From positions 4,264 to 68,263 of the forward strand of contig JAZQIU010000022.1 in assembly GCA_045541255.1 (NCBI GenBank): DNA of 64,000 bases, in the 5' to 3' direction. Source of the DNA: Bacilli bacterium (GTDB taxonomy: Bacteria; Bacillota_I; Bacilli_A; RF39; UBA660). The translations under genes and the position numbers were made by a program. The notes beneath the pieces are model-generated. The model was not told the origin of the DNA. It searched no databases and worked only from the letters and a program-made list of their open reading frames with translations. Below, piece by piece: positions 53,359 through 62,379 of the stretch. Position 1 is the stretch's first letter. Each line of letters starts with the position of its first letter.

Positions 53359-53375
53359 TTTATCACCTTATCTTT

Positions 53376-56015
53376 TTATCTATGTAATATATTATCTTTT
53401 TTTATTGAATTGTTTATTTTTTTATAAATTTCCATAACTACTAAAACTATTAACGCTATTAGAAACAAATAAATTAAATGTATAAAAGGAACTGATGTTG
53501 TTTGCAAGAATTTGGATAAGAATGGAACTTCCATAACTATAATTTGCAATATGATGGAAACTACCACTCCACCAACTATTAACCAGTTATTTTTAATAGG
53601 TACACTAAATGCTGATTTATGCTCGCTTCGACAATTAAATACATGAATATTTTGAATAAATACCATTAAAGCCATAATATATCCACGAGCCATAGATACT
53701 TCCATGTTTAATTTATTCAATAAGATATACCAAACTGCAAAAACAACTCCACCAATAACTAATCCTGATACCAAAATTTCTTTTAATAATTTTTTATTAA
53801 ATATTGATTCCTTCGGATCACGAGGTTTTTCTTTTAGTATGCCTTGTTCTGCTCTCTCAAATGATAAAGCAAAATCTTGAATACCATCCGTTACTACATT
53901 AATCCATAATAACTGAATTGCTACAAGTGGCATTGGCAAATCTAATATTATTGATAAACAGAAAAATGTTACTTCCGCTAAACCACATGATATTAAAAAT
54001 AAAATTATTTTGCGAATATTAGCATACGCCACACGACCTTCTTTAATACCTGCAACAATTGATTTAAAATTATCATCAACAATAATCATATCAGCGGTTT
54101 CTCTTGCTATATCTGTACCGCTTCCCATGGCAATTCCAATATTAGCTGCTTTTAAAGCTGGAGCATCATTAACTCCATCACCGGTTACCGCAACAAATTC
54201 ACCTTGTCTTTTTAAAGATTCAACTATTTTTAATTTTTGTAATGGCGTAACTCTTGCAAATACTAATTTACGACGAATGAAATTATCAAAACTCTTTTCC
54301 CCCTTTTCAAACTCTTCATCTACTTCTATACCTGTTGTTACTTCATTAAAATTAGTAGTAAGTTTTAAGTCTTTTGCTATAGAAAATGCTGTTAACGGAT
54401 GATCTCCAGTAATCATTAATACTTTAATTCCTGCTGTACGACATTCATCAATTGATGCTACTGCTTCTTTTCTAATTGGATCAATAAATCCTACCATTCC
54501 CATAAAAGTTAAACCTTTTATGTCATCTATACAATATTTATCTTGCTTATTTATTTTACCATTAGCTAGAGCAATTACACGATAACCATCTTTTGCTAAT
54601 CCTTCGTTTTGTTCTTCTAAAATTACTGAATTAATTTTATCATTTACTAAATTAATATCGCTACAAAATGATTTAACAACTTCTAACGACCCTTTTACGG
54701 TGCAATATGTTTCTCCGTCTTTTTCATAGAATACTGCTGAATATTTATTTTCTGATTCATATGGAATAACTTCTAAATTTTTAATTCTATGTGTTTCAAC
54801 ATTAAGTTTTTTACCTAACACCTTAAATGCTATATCAATAGAATCACCAATTGTTTGATATTCATCTACATCAGCTTCGTTATTAATAACACCTAATGTT
54901 GCAATTTCTTTAGCCAATTTTATATCATTTCCAGTGACTTCACCTTCAAAACTGAATCCAGTTCCAGATATATTATATACATCGTTATTAGGTAAAAGAA
55001 TTTTCTTTGCGGTTTGTTCATTTACAGTTAAAGTTCCTGTTTTATCAGAAGCTATTACAGTACAACTTCCTAATGATTCAGCTGATTTTAATTTTCTTAC
55101 AATTACATTCTTCTTTGCCATTTTATTTGATGCTATTGTAAGTGCCATAGTAAGTGCCAATGGCAATCCTTCCGGCATAGCTGATACTGCAAGTGCTATT
55201 ACTGATAAGAATATTTCATGATATGGAACTTCTTTCATAATTAATAATACTGCAATTATGATTGCAACTATTAAAACTAACATACTAATTTGTTTAGATA
55301 ATTTTTCCACTCTTATAGTAAGAGGAGATTTTTCCTCTTCGGCATTATTTATACTATCTGCTATTTTACCAATTTCAGTTTTTAGCCCTATACTAACTAC
55401 AATTGCTTTTGCTCTTCCAGTTACAACTGTTGTTCCTGAGAAAACCATATTACTTTGTTCTGCAATTATAACATTCTCTTTGCTAATAACTTCACTATTT
55501 TTATTTACTTGTACACTTTCACCAGTTAATATTGACTCATCAACCATAAAATTATGTGCTTCTACTATTCTCATATCAGCACTTATTTTATCTCCAGATT
55601 CTAATAGCACATAATCACCTATCGTCAAATCTTCTGCATCAATAGAAACTATATCATCATTCCTAACAACCTTTACTTTAGTTGTGACAAGTTTAGATAG
55701 AGCTTCAGCTGTATGATTTGCTTTATTTTCTTGATAGGCGCCCATAATTGTATCTATAAGAACAATAAATAATATTGCAATTGCATCTACTACTTCACCA
55801 GCAATTAATGATGCAAGTATTGCAAACAATAATAAGATAAGCATTGGATCTTTAAATTCATTAAAAAATATTTTAATTACACTATCAGATTCTTTTTTTG
55901 GTAATATATTCTTACCATATTTTTGTTGTCTTATATTTACCTCATCATAACTTAAACCTTTATTACTTGTCTGTAGTTCATTTTCTAGCTCGCCTATATT
56001 TTTATTGTAATACAT
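53376..56015 (-). CDS. P-type (type II, Ca2+/cation-transporting) ATPase
   Basis: IASDKTGTLT (phosphorylation site), TGES, PEGLP, MITGD and TGDGVNDAPALK. The preferred start MYYNKNIG lies 6 nt after GGAGG. Confidence 0.9.
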   Translation of the reverse strand: MYYNKNIGELENELQTSNKGLSYDEVNIRQQKYGKNILPKKESDSVIKIFFNEFKDPMLILLLFAILASLIAGEVVDAIAILFIVLIDTIMGAYQENKANHTAEALSKLVTTKVKVVRNDDIVSIDAEDLTIGDYVLLESGDKISADMRIVEAHNFMVDESILTGESVQVNKNSEVISKENVIIAEQSNMVFSGTTVVTGRAKAIVVSIGLKTEIGKIADSINNAEEEKSPLTIRVEKLSKQISMLVLIVAIIIAVLLIMKEVPYHEIFLSVIALAVSAMPEGLPLALTMALTIASNKMAKKNVIVRKLKSAESLGSCTVIASDKTGTLTVNEQTAKKILLPNNDVYNISGTGFSFEGEVTGNDIKLAKEIATLGVINNEADVDEYQTIGDSIDIAFKVLGKKLNVETHRIKNLEVIPYESENKYSAVFYEKDGETYCTVKGSLEVVKSFCSDINLVNDKINSVILEEQNEGLAKDGYRVIALANGKINKQDKYCIDDIKGLTFMGMVGFIDPIRKEAVASIDECRTAGIKVLMITGDHPLTAFSIAKDLKLTTNFNEVTTGIEVDEEFEKGEKSFDNFIRRKLVFARVTPLQKLKIVESLKRQGEFVAVTGDGVNDAPALKAANIGIAMGSGTDIARETADMIIVDDNFKSIVAGIKEGRVAYANIRKIILFLISCGLAEVTFFCLSIILDLPMPLVAIQLLWINVVTDGIQDFALSFERAEQGILKEKPRDPKESIFNKKLLKEILVSGLVIGGVVFAVWYILLNKLNMEVSMARGYIMALMVFIQNIHVFNCRSEHKSAFSVPIKNNWLIVGGVVVSIILQIIVMEVPFLSKFLQTTSVPFIHLIYLFLIALIVLVVMEIYKKINNSIKKDNILHR

Positions 56016-56035
56016 GTTATACCTCCTCATAATAT

Positions 56036-56836
56036 TTAATCAAATGCCTCTCTTCTTTTAGTCATCAAATTACCAGCTAATTTATATTTTTTTTCATTTG
56101 TGGTATATAAATATCCAAAGATACTAAAGATTAAAGCTCCAATAAAATTAACAATTAAATCTAACATTGTATCATGAAGACCTATGTCTAAATAGCCATC
56201 AAATTTTACCAATTCATTTCCTTTTTCATCATAAGCAATTGTATATTCTATTCCATCAACTGTAATAACATTGTTATCAAATTCAGGATCCAAATCTACC
56301 GTTCTTATTACTTCGATATATTCATCTTTTTGCATATCGGTTTTAAAAACAACATCCATTCCGTACTCAAACATTTCCCATACAATCCCAACTGTCATTG
56401 AAAAACAAAATGATACTAATGCAACAAATATAGGAGATAACTTGATAAACGACGATTTTTCATTTAATAGATGGATTAAAGAAAATCCAATACTCCCTAA
56501 TAAAAATCCACTTGTTGTATGTAATGCTATATCCCAATAAGGAACATTACCATAAAAATTATTAATTTCACCTAATATCTCTGCAGCAAAAATAAAGATA
56601 TAAATAATTCTCTCTAAAACACTAGGAAAATCAATTTTAAATTTTTTTTCAATAATATATGGCAATAAAAATAAAATTAAAGACAAAACACAAAACATAG
56701 CATTAATATAATCACCATTAATTAATTCTCTTACCATACAAATTATAATTAAAGCCCTTAATAAAACATATACAAATATCGTTTTTTTATCATTTTCATG
56801 ATATATCTTTTTCAAACCATTAATAACCTTTTTCAT
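56036..56836 (-). CDS. polytopic membrane protein (family not recognised with confidence)
   Basis: 266 aa with about 6-7 hydrophobic segments. It lies 20 nt upstream of the ATPase gene, so is probably co-transcribed. Confidence 0.55.
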   Translation of the reverse strand: MKKVINGLKKIYHENDKKTIFVYVLLRALIIICMVRELINGDYINAMFCVLSLILFLLPYIIEKKFKIDFPSVLERIIYIFIFAAEILGEINNFYGNVPYWDIALHTTSGFLLGSIGFSLIHLLNEKSSFIKLSPIFVALVSFCFSMTVGIVWEMFEYGMDVVFKTDMQKDEYIEVIRTVDLDPEFDNNVITVDGIEYTIAYDEKGNELVKFDGYLDIGLHDTMLDLIVNFIGALIFSIFGYLYTTNEKKYKLAGNLMTKRREAFD

Positions 56837-56910
56837 AACTACCTCTTTACACCTATCAAAATATCATTCAGTTACATACTACTATTAATTTATTAAATAA
56901 TTATAGATAA

Positions 56911-56929
56911 ATTATTAAGAATTATTAAA
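56911..56929 (+). repeat. intergenic AT motif copy (G-variant): ATTATTAAGAATTATTAAA (exact 19-mer)
   Basis: Identical 19-mer at 60880-60898. It lies about 20 nt 3' (minus sense) of the ABC-operon terminator. Confidence 0.7.
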
Positions 56930-56952
56930 AATACAATGTTAAACCATAATAA

Positions 56953-56985
56953 AAGCAGATTTTTTTTCGTAATTCGAATCTGCTT
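56953..56985 (-). terminator. rho-independent terminator of the ABC transporter operon
   Basis: Perfect 9-bp stem AAGCAGATT/AATCTGCTT with a 15-nt loop. On the minus strand it is followed by TTTTATTAT. Confidence 0.6.
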
Positions 56986-57003
56986 CTAAAATTTTTATAT
57001 AAA

Positions 57004-59043
57004 TTATTTTGTTGTTTCAAACTGACTATTATATAAATCTGCATAAAATCCATTTTTTTCTATTAGACTTTTATGATTTCCTTGTTCAATAATATTTCCG
57101 TCTTTCATCACTAATATTAAATCTGCATTTTTAATTGTAGATAATCTATGAGCTATAATAAATGATGTTTTTCCTTCTGTTAATTTATCCATTGCTTTTT
57201 GTACTAATTCTTCAGTTCTTGTATCTACATTAGAAGTTGCTTCATCTAATATTAGAAATGGTGTATTTTGTAACATTGCTCTAGCTATTGTTAATAATTG
57301 TCTTTGCCCTGCTGAGACACTATCATTATCTGAAATTTCTGTATCATATCCTTTAGAAAGAGTTCTTATAAAATGATCTACACCAACTATCTTGCATACT
57401 TCTTTTACTTCCTCATCAGTTACATTTTCAGCATTATATATAATATTTTCTTTTACAGTTCCGTTAAATAACCATGTATCCTGTAATACCATTGTAAATA
57501 ATTCATGAATATTTTCCCTAGTTAATTCTTTCGTTGATATATCATCAATTTTTATATCTCCAGAATTTATATCATAAAATTTCATAAGTAAATTAACCAT
57601 TGTAGTCTTTCCGGCTCCTGTCGGTCCAACTATAGCGATTTTTTGCCCTGGTTTAGCAACTGTACTAAATCCGTTTATTGTAGGTTTATCATTACCATCA
57701 TATTGGAAAACTACATTTTTAAATTCTATTTTACCTTTTACTTTTTCTTTTTTTAATTTTTTCTTGATATTACTTTGATCCGCCATTTCCTCTTCATCTA
57801 TAAATTCAAATACTCTTTCACTAGCTGCCGCTGTTGATTGTAATGAAGTCATAGCCTGTGCCATTTGTGTTAGTGGATTTGTGAATAATCTTACATAGGT
57901 CATAAATGCAACAATAACTCCAAATGATATAACATCATTCATTGTAAGTATTGCTCCACAAATACAAACTGCTACATATCCAAAATTACCAACAAACATC
58001 ATTATTGGTTGCATCAAGCCTGATAAAAATTGACTTTTTCTATTTGCATTATAAACTGCAACATTATAATCATCAAATTTTCTATTAGCTTCTTTTTGCC
58101 CATTATATACTTTAACAACATTTAAACTAGAATATATTTCTTCTATATGCCCATTTAATTTTCCTAATTCTTTTTGTCTGGCAGTAAAATATTTTTGTGA
58201 TTTACCTAATATCAAGAACATTAATGAAAAACCAACTAAACTAGATATAATTGCAGTTAAAGCCATTATCCAATTTGTATAAAACATCATTATAATTGTT
58301 CCAAAGAACATTGTTACACTACTAACAAGTGTTGCTAATGATTGATTCATATTTTGTGCTATCGTATCTACATCATTTGTTACTCTTGACAATATATCAC
58401 CAGTTGTATTTTTATCAAAATATTTAAGAGGTAATTTATTAATTTTATCTGAAATTCTGCTTCTTAATTTTTTAGCAAATTTATTTGATACATTTGTCAT
58501 ACATAATGCTTGAATATAAGTAAATAAACTACTACAAATATATAATGTTGCTAAAATAAGTACTATATTTTTAATTGCATCAATATCCATAAATGGTTCA
58601 ACTACTGTTTGTATTGATTCTGGCATTTCTTCTATCTTTTTATATAATTCTTCTGGAGTTGGTTCTCCTTCTATAGAACTCATTATTGTAATAAATTTTG
58701 TTTGGTCTTCTACTGATATCGTAGTTCCATCTATTTTAATTTCTTCTTGTATTCCTTGAGCATAATTAGATTGAATATTTTCGGTCAAAGTTTCTAAATT
58801 ATCGCTATTTACAACTAACCCTTCTGATATTTCATCAGTTAAACTAGATAATTTATCTGGAGCGATAATTGATAATATTGATCCTAATAATGCAAGTGTT
58901 AATGCTATTATTATTAATACTTTAAATCCTTTTAATTCACTGAATAGTCTTGTGATTGCCCCTTTAAAATTTTTAGCTTTTTCTTTTGAAGGTCCTTTCA
59001 TCATTGAACCTTTTCTAGGAGTTCTATCTTCTTCATTACACAT
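57004..59043 (-). CDS. ABC transporter ATP-binding/permease protein (exporter half-transporter)
   Basis: Six-TM domain plus GPTGAGKTT (Walker A), VSAGQRQLL (signature) and LILDEATS (Walker B). The preferred start MCNEEDR forms an ATGTGTAA overlap with the partner's stop, behind AAGGAGG. Confidence 0.9.
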   Translation of the reverse strand: MCNEEDRTPRKGSMMKGPSKEKAKNFKGAITRLFSELKGFKVLIIIALTLALLGSILSIIAPDKLSSLTDEISEGLVVNSDNLETLTENIQSNYAQGIQEEIKIDGTTISVEDQTKFITIMSSIEGEPTPEELYKKIEEMPESIQTVVEPFMDIDAIKNIVLILATLYICSSLFTYIQALCMTNVSNKFAKKLRSRISDKINKLPLKYFDKNTTGDILSRVTNDVDTIAQNMNQSLATLVSSVTMFFGTIIMMFYTNWIMALTAIISSLVGFSLMFLILGKSQKYFTARQKELGKLNGHIEEIYSSLNVVKVYNGQKEANRKFDDYNVAVYNANRKSQFLSGLMQPIMMFVGNFGYVAVCICGAILTMNDVISFGVIVAFMTYVRLFTNPLTQMAQAMTSLQSTAAASERVFEFIDEEEMADQSNIKKKLKKEKVKGKIEFKNVVFQYDGNDKPTINGFSTVAKPGQKIAIVGPTGAGKTTMVNLLMKFYDINSGDIKIDDISTKELTRENIHELFTMVLQDTWLFNGTVKENIIYNAENVTDEEVKEVCKIVGVDHFIRTLSKGYDTEISDNDSVSAGQRQLLTIARAMLQNTPFLILDEATSNVDTRTEELVQKAMDKLTEGKTSFIIAHRLSTIKNADLILVMKDGNIIEQGNHKSLIEKNGFYADLYNSQFETTK

Positions 59044-60799
59044 TTTCCAATTCCTCCTTTGATAATTGTGATAAAGCAATTTCTTTATACACAGAACATT
59101 TTTTTAACAGTTCTTTGTGTGTTCCTTGCCCTATTACTTTACCATTATCCAAAACTATAATTTTATCAGCATTCATAATTGTACCTATTCTTTGTGCTAC
59201 GATTAATACTGTTGCATCTTTAGTATGTTTTCTTAACTCTTTCCTTAATTTACTATCAGTTTTATAATCTAAAGCAGAAAAACTGTCATCAAATATATAT
59301 ATTTCTGGATCTCTTGCAATTGCTCTAGCAATAGATAATCTTTGTTTTTGTCCACCAGATATATTTGTCCCACCTTGTGATATTCTTGTGTTATATTGAT
59401 TATCCATTTTCTCAACAAAATCTTTTCCCTGTGCTACCTGAATTGCTTTTTTTACTAATTCTTTTGATGGCTTTGATTTTCCATTTTCACCATAAGATAC
59501 ATTATTTATTATTGTATCATTAAATAATACGGCTTTTTGAGAAACATAACCTAATTTATTGTGTAAAAATTCTTGTGTATATTCTTTAACATTTATACCA
59601 TCAACTAAAACTTCACCTTCTGTCGCATCATAAAATCTTGGTACTAAATTAATTAATGTAGATTTACCTGAACCAGTTGAACCAATAAATGCAATTGTTT
59701 CTCCTTTATTTGCCTTAAATGATACATTTTGAATTACATATTCTTCACCATCTGGATATTTAAATGAAACATTTTTAAATTCTACTGTACCTTTTTCATT
59801 TGTTGTATTTTCATTTATTGTTCCATCTTTAATTGTAATATCTGTATCTAATACTTCATTAATACGATTAGCTGATACTTGTGCTCTTGGTAGCATCATA
59901 AAAATCATCGCTAACATCAAGAATGAAGAAATTACTTGCATTGCATAAGAGCTAAATACAACCATATCTCCAAATAATGTTAATTTATCTGATATTAACG
60001 CTTCTTTAATTAAATAAGCTCCTACAAAATAAATTGTTAATGTTAAAAATTGCATTACAATGTTCATAACAGGTGATAAAATTGCAAAAGTTTTTTGATT
60101 AAACAATTGCATTCCTGTTAATTCTTCGTTAACATCTTCGAATTTATTTTTTTGATAATTCTCTGCATTAAATGCTCTTACTACCCTTATTCCAGTTAAA
60201 TTTTCACGAGTTACATTATTTATCTTATCTATCAATTTTTGTACTTTTTTAAATCTTGGTAATACAATTAACATTATTATTAATATAGTTGCTAATAATA
60301 TTACTACACCTAGAGCAGTAACTGTACTCCATTGCCAACTCTTATTTAAAATTTTAGTTATTGCCCATACTGCAGTAATTGGGGCTTTTATCAAAAGTTG
60401 TAATCCCATAGCAATTAACATTTGTACTTGTGTTATATCATTTGTGGTTCTTGTTATTAAACTACTTGTTGAAAATCCTTTTACTTCACTTATTGCTAAA
60501 TCTCCAACTTTATTAAATAATTTCTTTCTAACTATCATTGAAAAACTAGCTGAAATATTAGATGCTAAATATCCTACAAATATTGCTAAAGCTAAACTTC
60601 CAAAGGCACACGCTAACATATATGCACCATTTTTTATAATTTCACTAAGTTCGCTTCCTTCACTTTGTACTAATATTGTTATCTTTGACATATAATCTGG
60701 CATTTTTAAATCTAACCAAACTTGTAAAATTATTAACCCAAAAGATAAAACTATTAATAACCATTCTTTTTTCTTTAAATTTTTTAATAATTTAATCAT
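59036..60799 (-). CDS. ABC transporter ATP-binding/permease protein (exporter half-transporter, partner subunit)
   Basis: GSTGSGKST (Walker A), ISGGQKQRL (signature) and YIFDDSFS (Walker B variant). RBS AAAGGAGGAG. Confidence 0.9.
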   Translation of the reverse strand: MIKLLKNLKKKEWLLIVLSFGLIILQVWLDLKMPDYMSKITILVQSEGSELSEIIKNGAYMLACAFGSLALAIFVGYLASNISASFSMIVRKKLFNKVGDLAISEVKGFSTSSLITRTTNDITQVQMLIAMGLQLLIKAPITAVWAITKILNKSWQWSTVTALGVVILLATILIIMLIVLPRFKKVQKLIDKINNVTRENLTGIRVVRAFNAENYQKNKFEDVNEELTGMQLFNQKTFAILSPVMNIVMQFLTLTIYFVGAYLIKEALISDKLTLFGDMVVFSSYAMQVISSFLMLAMIFMMLPRAQVSANRINEVLDTDITIKDGTINENTTNEKGTVEFKNVSFKYPDGEEYVIQNVSFKANKGETIAFIGSTGSGKSTLINLVPRFYDATEGEVLVDGINVKEYTQEFLHNKLGYVSQKAVLFNDTIINNVSYGENGKSKPSKELVKKAIQVAQGKDFVEKMDNQYNTRISQGGTNISGGQKQRLSIARAIARDPEIYIFDDSFSALDYKTDSKLRKELRKHTKDATVLIVAQRIGTIMNADKIIVLDNGKVIGQGTHKELLKKCSVYKEIALSQLSKEELENV

Positions 60800-60879
60800 T
60801 TTTCTCCTCCTTTAAAATTATACACAATTTGATACAGCTTTTTAATAGTAACAATAAATTATTATTTTTTTTTTAAAAG

Positions 60880-60898
60880 ATTATTAAGAATTATTAAA
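60880..60898 (+). repeat. intergenic AT motif copy (G-variant): ATTATTAAGAATTATTAAA (exact 19-mer)
   Basis: Identical to 56911-56929. It lies about 13 nt 3' (minus sense) of the terminator at 60912-60940. Confidence 0.7.
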
Positions 60899-60911
60899 TT
60901 AAAACTAAAAT

Positions 60912-60940
60912 AAAAAAGCAAACCATACTATTGATCTGCT
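60912..60940 (-). terminator. rho-independent terminator (folds only as minus-strand RNA)
   Basis: The minus-strand RNA reads AGCAGAUC-AAUAGUAU-GGUUUGCU (8 bp including two G.U pairs) followed by UUUUUUAUUUU. The plus-strand equivalent has A.C mismatches. Confidence 0.55.
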
Positions 60941-60955
60941 AATATATTTCTAATA

Positions 60956-61201
60956 TTATAATAAAATTACTCTATCTATATTTTCGATAATACTTTCATT
61001 ATAGACAGTAAAGTAATTTAATGCTTCATCTAAAGAAGAATATGTATTTTTCCTATTTGGATACAATAATGGATATACTTCAACATTATTATTAACTTTT
61101 TGAATAATATATTCCAAACTAAATAACTTAAATTTTACCTCGTTATTCTTTTCGTATCTTTCTTTCATTTCATTAAGAACCATACTACCACCACAATTCA
61201 C
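60956..61201 (-). CDS. hypothetical protein
   Basis: 81-aa ORF (GTG start, or the internal ATG giving MVLNEMK). No family recognised. Confidence 0.4.
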   Translation of the reverse strand: MNCGGSMVLNEMKERYEKNNEVKFKLFSLEYIIQKVNNNVEVYPLLYPNRKNTYSSLDEALNYFTVYNESIIENIDRVILL

Positions 61202-61354
61202 TTATATTATATCATAAAAAAAGCAAATCTAATACAAATTTGCTATTTTATTGCTGTAATGTATGAAATTTTAAAACTTGACATAACTATTTAATAAATA
61301 TTATTATATATACATAGATGATATGTAAAATTTTAATCACTTAACGGCTCAATT

Positions 61355-61648
61355 TTAAGGATTATTTTGCAGATTCATCTTTTTTTCTGGTGGTATATAT
61401 TCAACTATTTCCTTTGGATCTATTCCACACGCAACTAAAACATATGTTATTCTTGCAAGTACATCTTTATCCATTCTTATGATTCTGTCTTCATAATATT
61501 TTTTAACTATCTCATGATTTAATCCAGTTAATCTTTTCATCTTTGAAATAGATATTCCAGCTTTATCCATAGCTTTACCAACATTACATTTATAGCATCC
61601 ATAATTACCTAGCATTTCTAAAATATCTAATTTACTTTGCTTTTCCAT
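61355..61648 (-). CDS. HTH transcriptional regulator (Cro/C1-like, HTH_26-type)
   Basis: ...ISISKMKRLTGLNHEIVKKYYEDRIIRMDKDVLARITYVLVACGIDPKEIVEY resembles short XRE/HTH_26 regulators. The preferred start MEKQSKL lies 8 nt after GGAAGGAG. Confidence 0.6.
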   Translation of the reverse strand: MEKQSKLDILEMLGNYGCYKCNVGKAMDKAGISISKMKRLTGLNHEIVKKYYEDRIIRMDKDVLARITYVLVACGIDPKEIVEYIPPEKKMNLQNNP

Positions 61649-61683
61649 TATTCTCACTCCTTCCTCTACAACAGCAATCTTAC

Positions 61684-61714
61684 ATTATAATACTATCACA
61701 AATATGGTTTTCAA
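61684..61714 (-). promoter_or_regulatory. candidate sigma-A promoter for the 61355-61648 regulator
   Basis: The minus strand reads TTGAAA, a 19-nt spacer, then TATAAT. The spacer is long. It overlaps the palindrome CACA-AA-TATG (61697-61706). Confidence 0.35.
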
Positions 61715-61723
61715 ATCAGGCTC

Positions 61724-61752
61724 TTGTTTGTGGGTCACATTTGTGGTATAAT
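61724..61752 (+). promoter_or_regulatory. candidate sigma-A promoter firing toward (antisense to) the XRE gene 61865-62116
   Basis: TTGTTT, a 17-nt spacer, then TATAAT. The spacer contains the palindrome CACA-TT-TGTG (61736-61745). Confidence 0.35.
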
Positions 61753-61819
61753 GTTTTTTGTAGTAAAACGGGACAAATAAGATACACGAAGTATTCGAGA
61801 AAATTTAACCGTAAACTAC

Positions 61820-61850
61820 AAAAAAAAGATTGAAACTCGTAATTTCAATC
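61820..61850 (-). terminator. rho-independent terminator of the XRE gene 61865-62116
   Basis: The minus strand reads GATTGAAA-TTACGAG-TTTCAATC followed by T8. Confidence 0.65.
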
Positions 61851-61864
61851 TCAAGTAAGGATTA

Positions 61865-62116
61865 TCATTCCTTTAGAAAGTCATCTAATGATTTTCCATA
61901 TAAAATACTAAATTTAATTAGTAATTTTAAAGAACAAGTTTTTATTAGATCATTGTCTGATTCGATTCTTCGCAAATAATCATAAGACATATCTAATATT
62001 TCAGCGACATCAGCAAGTGCTATTCCACTCTCTTGTCGAAATTTCTTAATGTTCTTATATATGATAGGCATGTAATCCTTATCTAATAATAGTTGAAGTT
62101 GTTCTTCGCTTTTCAC
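61865..62116 (-). CDS. XRE-family HTH regulator (repressor-like), divergent from the plus-strand operon
   Basis: IKKFRQESGIALADVAEILDMSYDYLRRIESDN is a Cro/C1 HTH. GTG start 5 nt after GAGGTGG. Confidence 0.75.
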   Translation of the reverse strand: MKSEEQLQLLLDKDYMPIIYKNIKKFRQESGIALADVAEILDMSYDYLRRIESDNDLIKTCSLKLLIKFSILYGKSLDDFLKE

Positions 62117-62184
62117 TTAAACCACCTCACAATATATTTTCCCATAAATATCAAAATTTTAATGTATCTTAATCGTCCCATTGA

Positions 62185-62193
62185 TGTTATAAT
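62185..62193 (+). promoter_or_regulatory. extended -10 element TGtTATAAT, candidate promoter of the 62380-> operon
   Basis: TGTTATAAT lies about 190 nt upstream of the first plus-strand gene. The GTAGTAA-type repeats lie between it and the gene. Confidence 0.35.
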
Positions 62194-62379
62194 AGAAATG
62201 GTTGGTGATATTCTCTTATTATATGATGCAGTACATTTTAGTAGTAATTTTTTTAGCAGTAGTAAATATGTAGTTTGTAGTAAAACAATTTTAATTATCG
62301 AATATTACAAAACTATTATGAACTACTGCTTTATTATTTTAATCAAAAAAAATATTAATATACGGAAGGAATAAGATTT

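Noticed and set aside
41042-60695. Plus-strand ORFs in the chromosomal block (e.g. 41042-41290, 45546-45869, 47376-47955, 48259-48525, 52559-53077, 54010-54402, 54934-55221, 55258-55614, 56271-56540, 60444-60695).
   Set aside because: Same reasoning: these are antisense shadows of confidently identified genes (GT8, HtrA, RDD, kinase, CNNM, P-type ATPase, ABC transporter).
60956-61657. The gene pair 60956-61201 / 61355-61648 as a toxin-antitoxin module.
   Set aside because: The genes are separated by ~150 nt. The small protein resembles no known toxin or antitoxin, and an HTH gene alone is not evidence.
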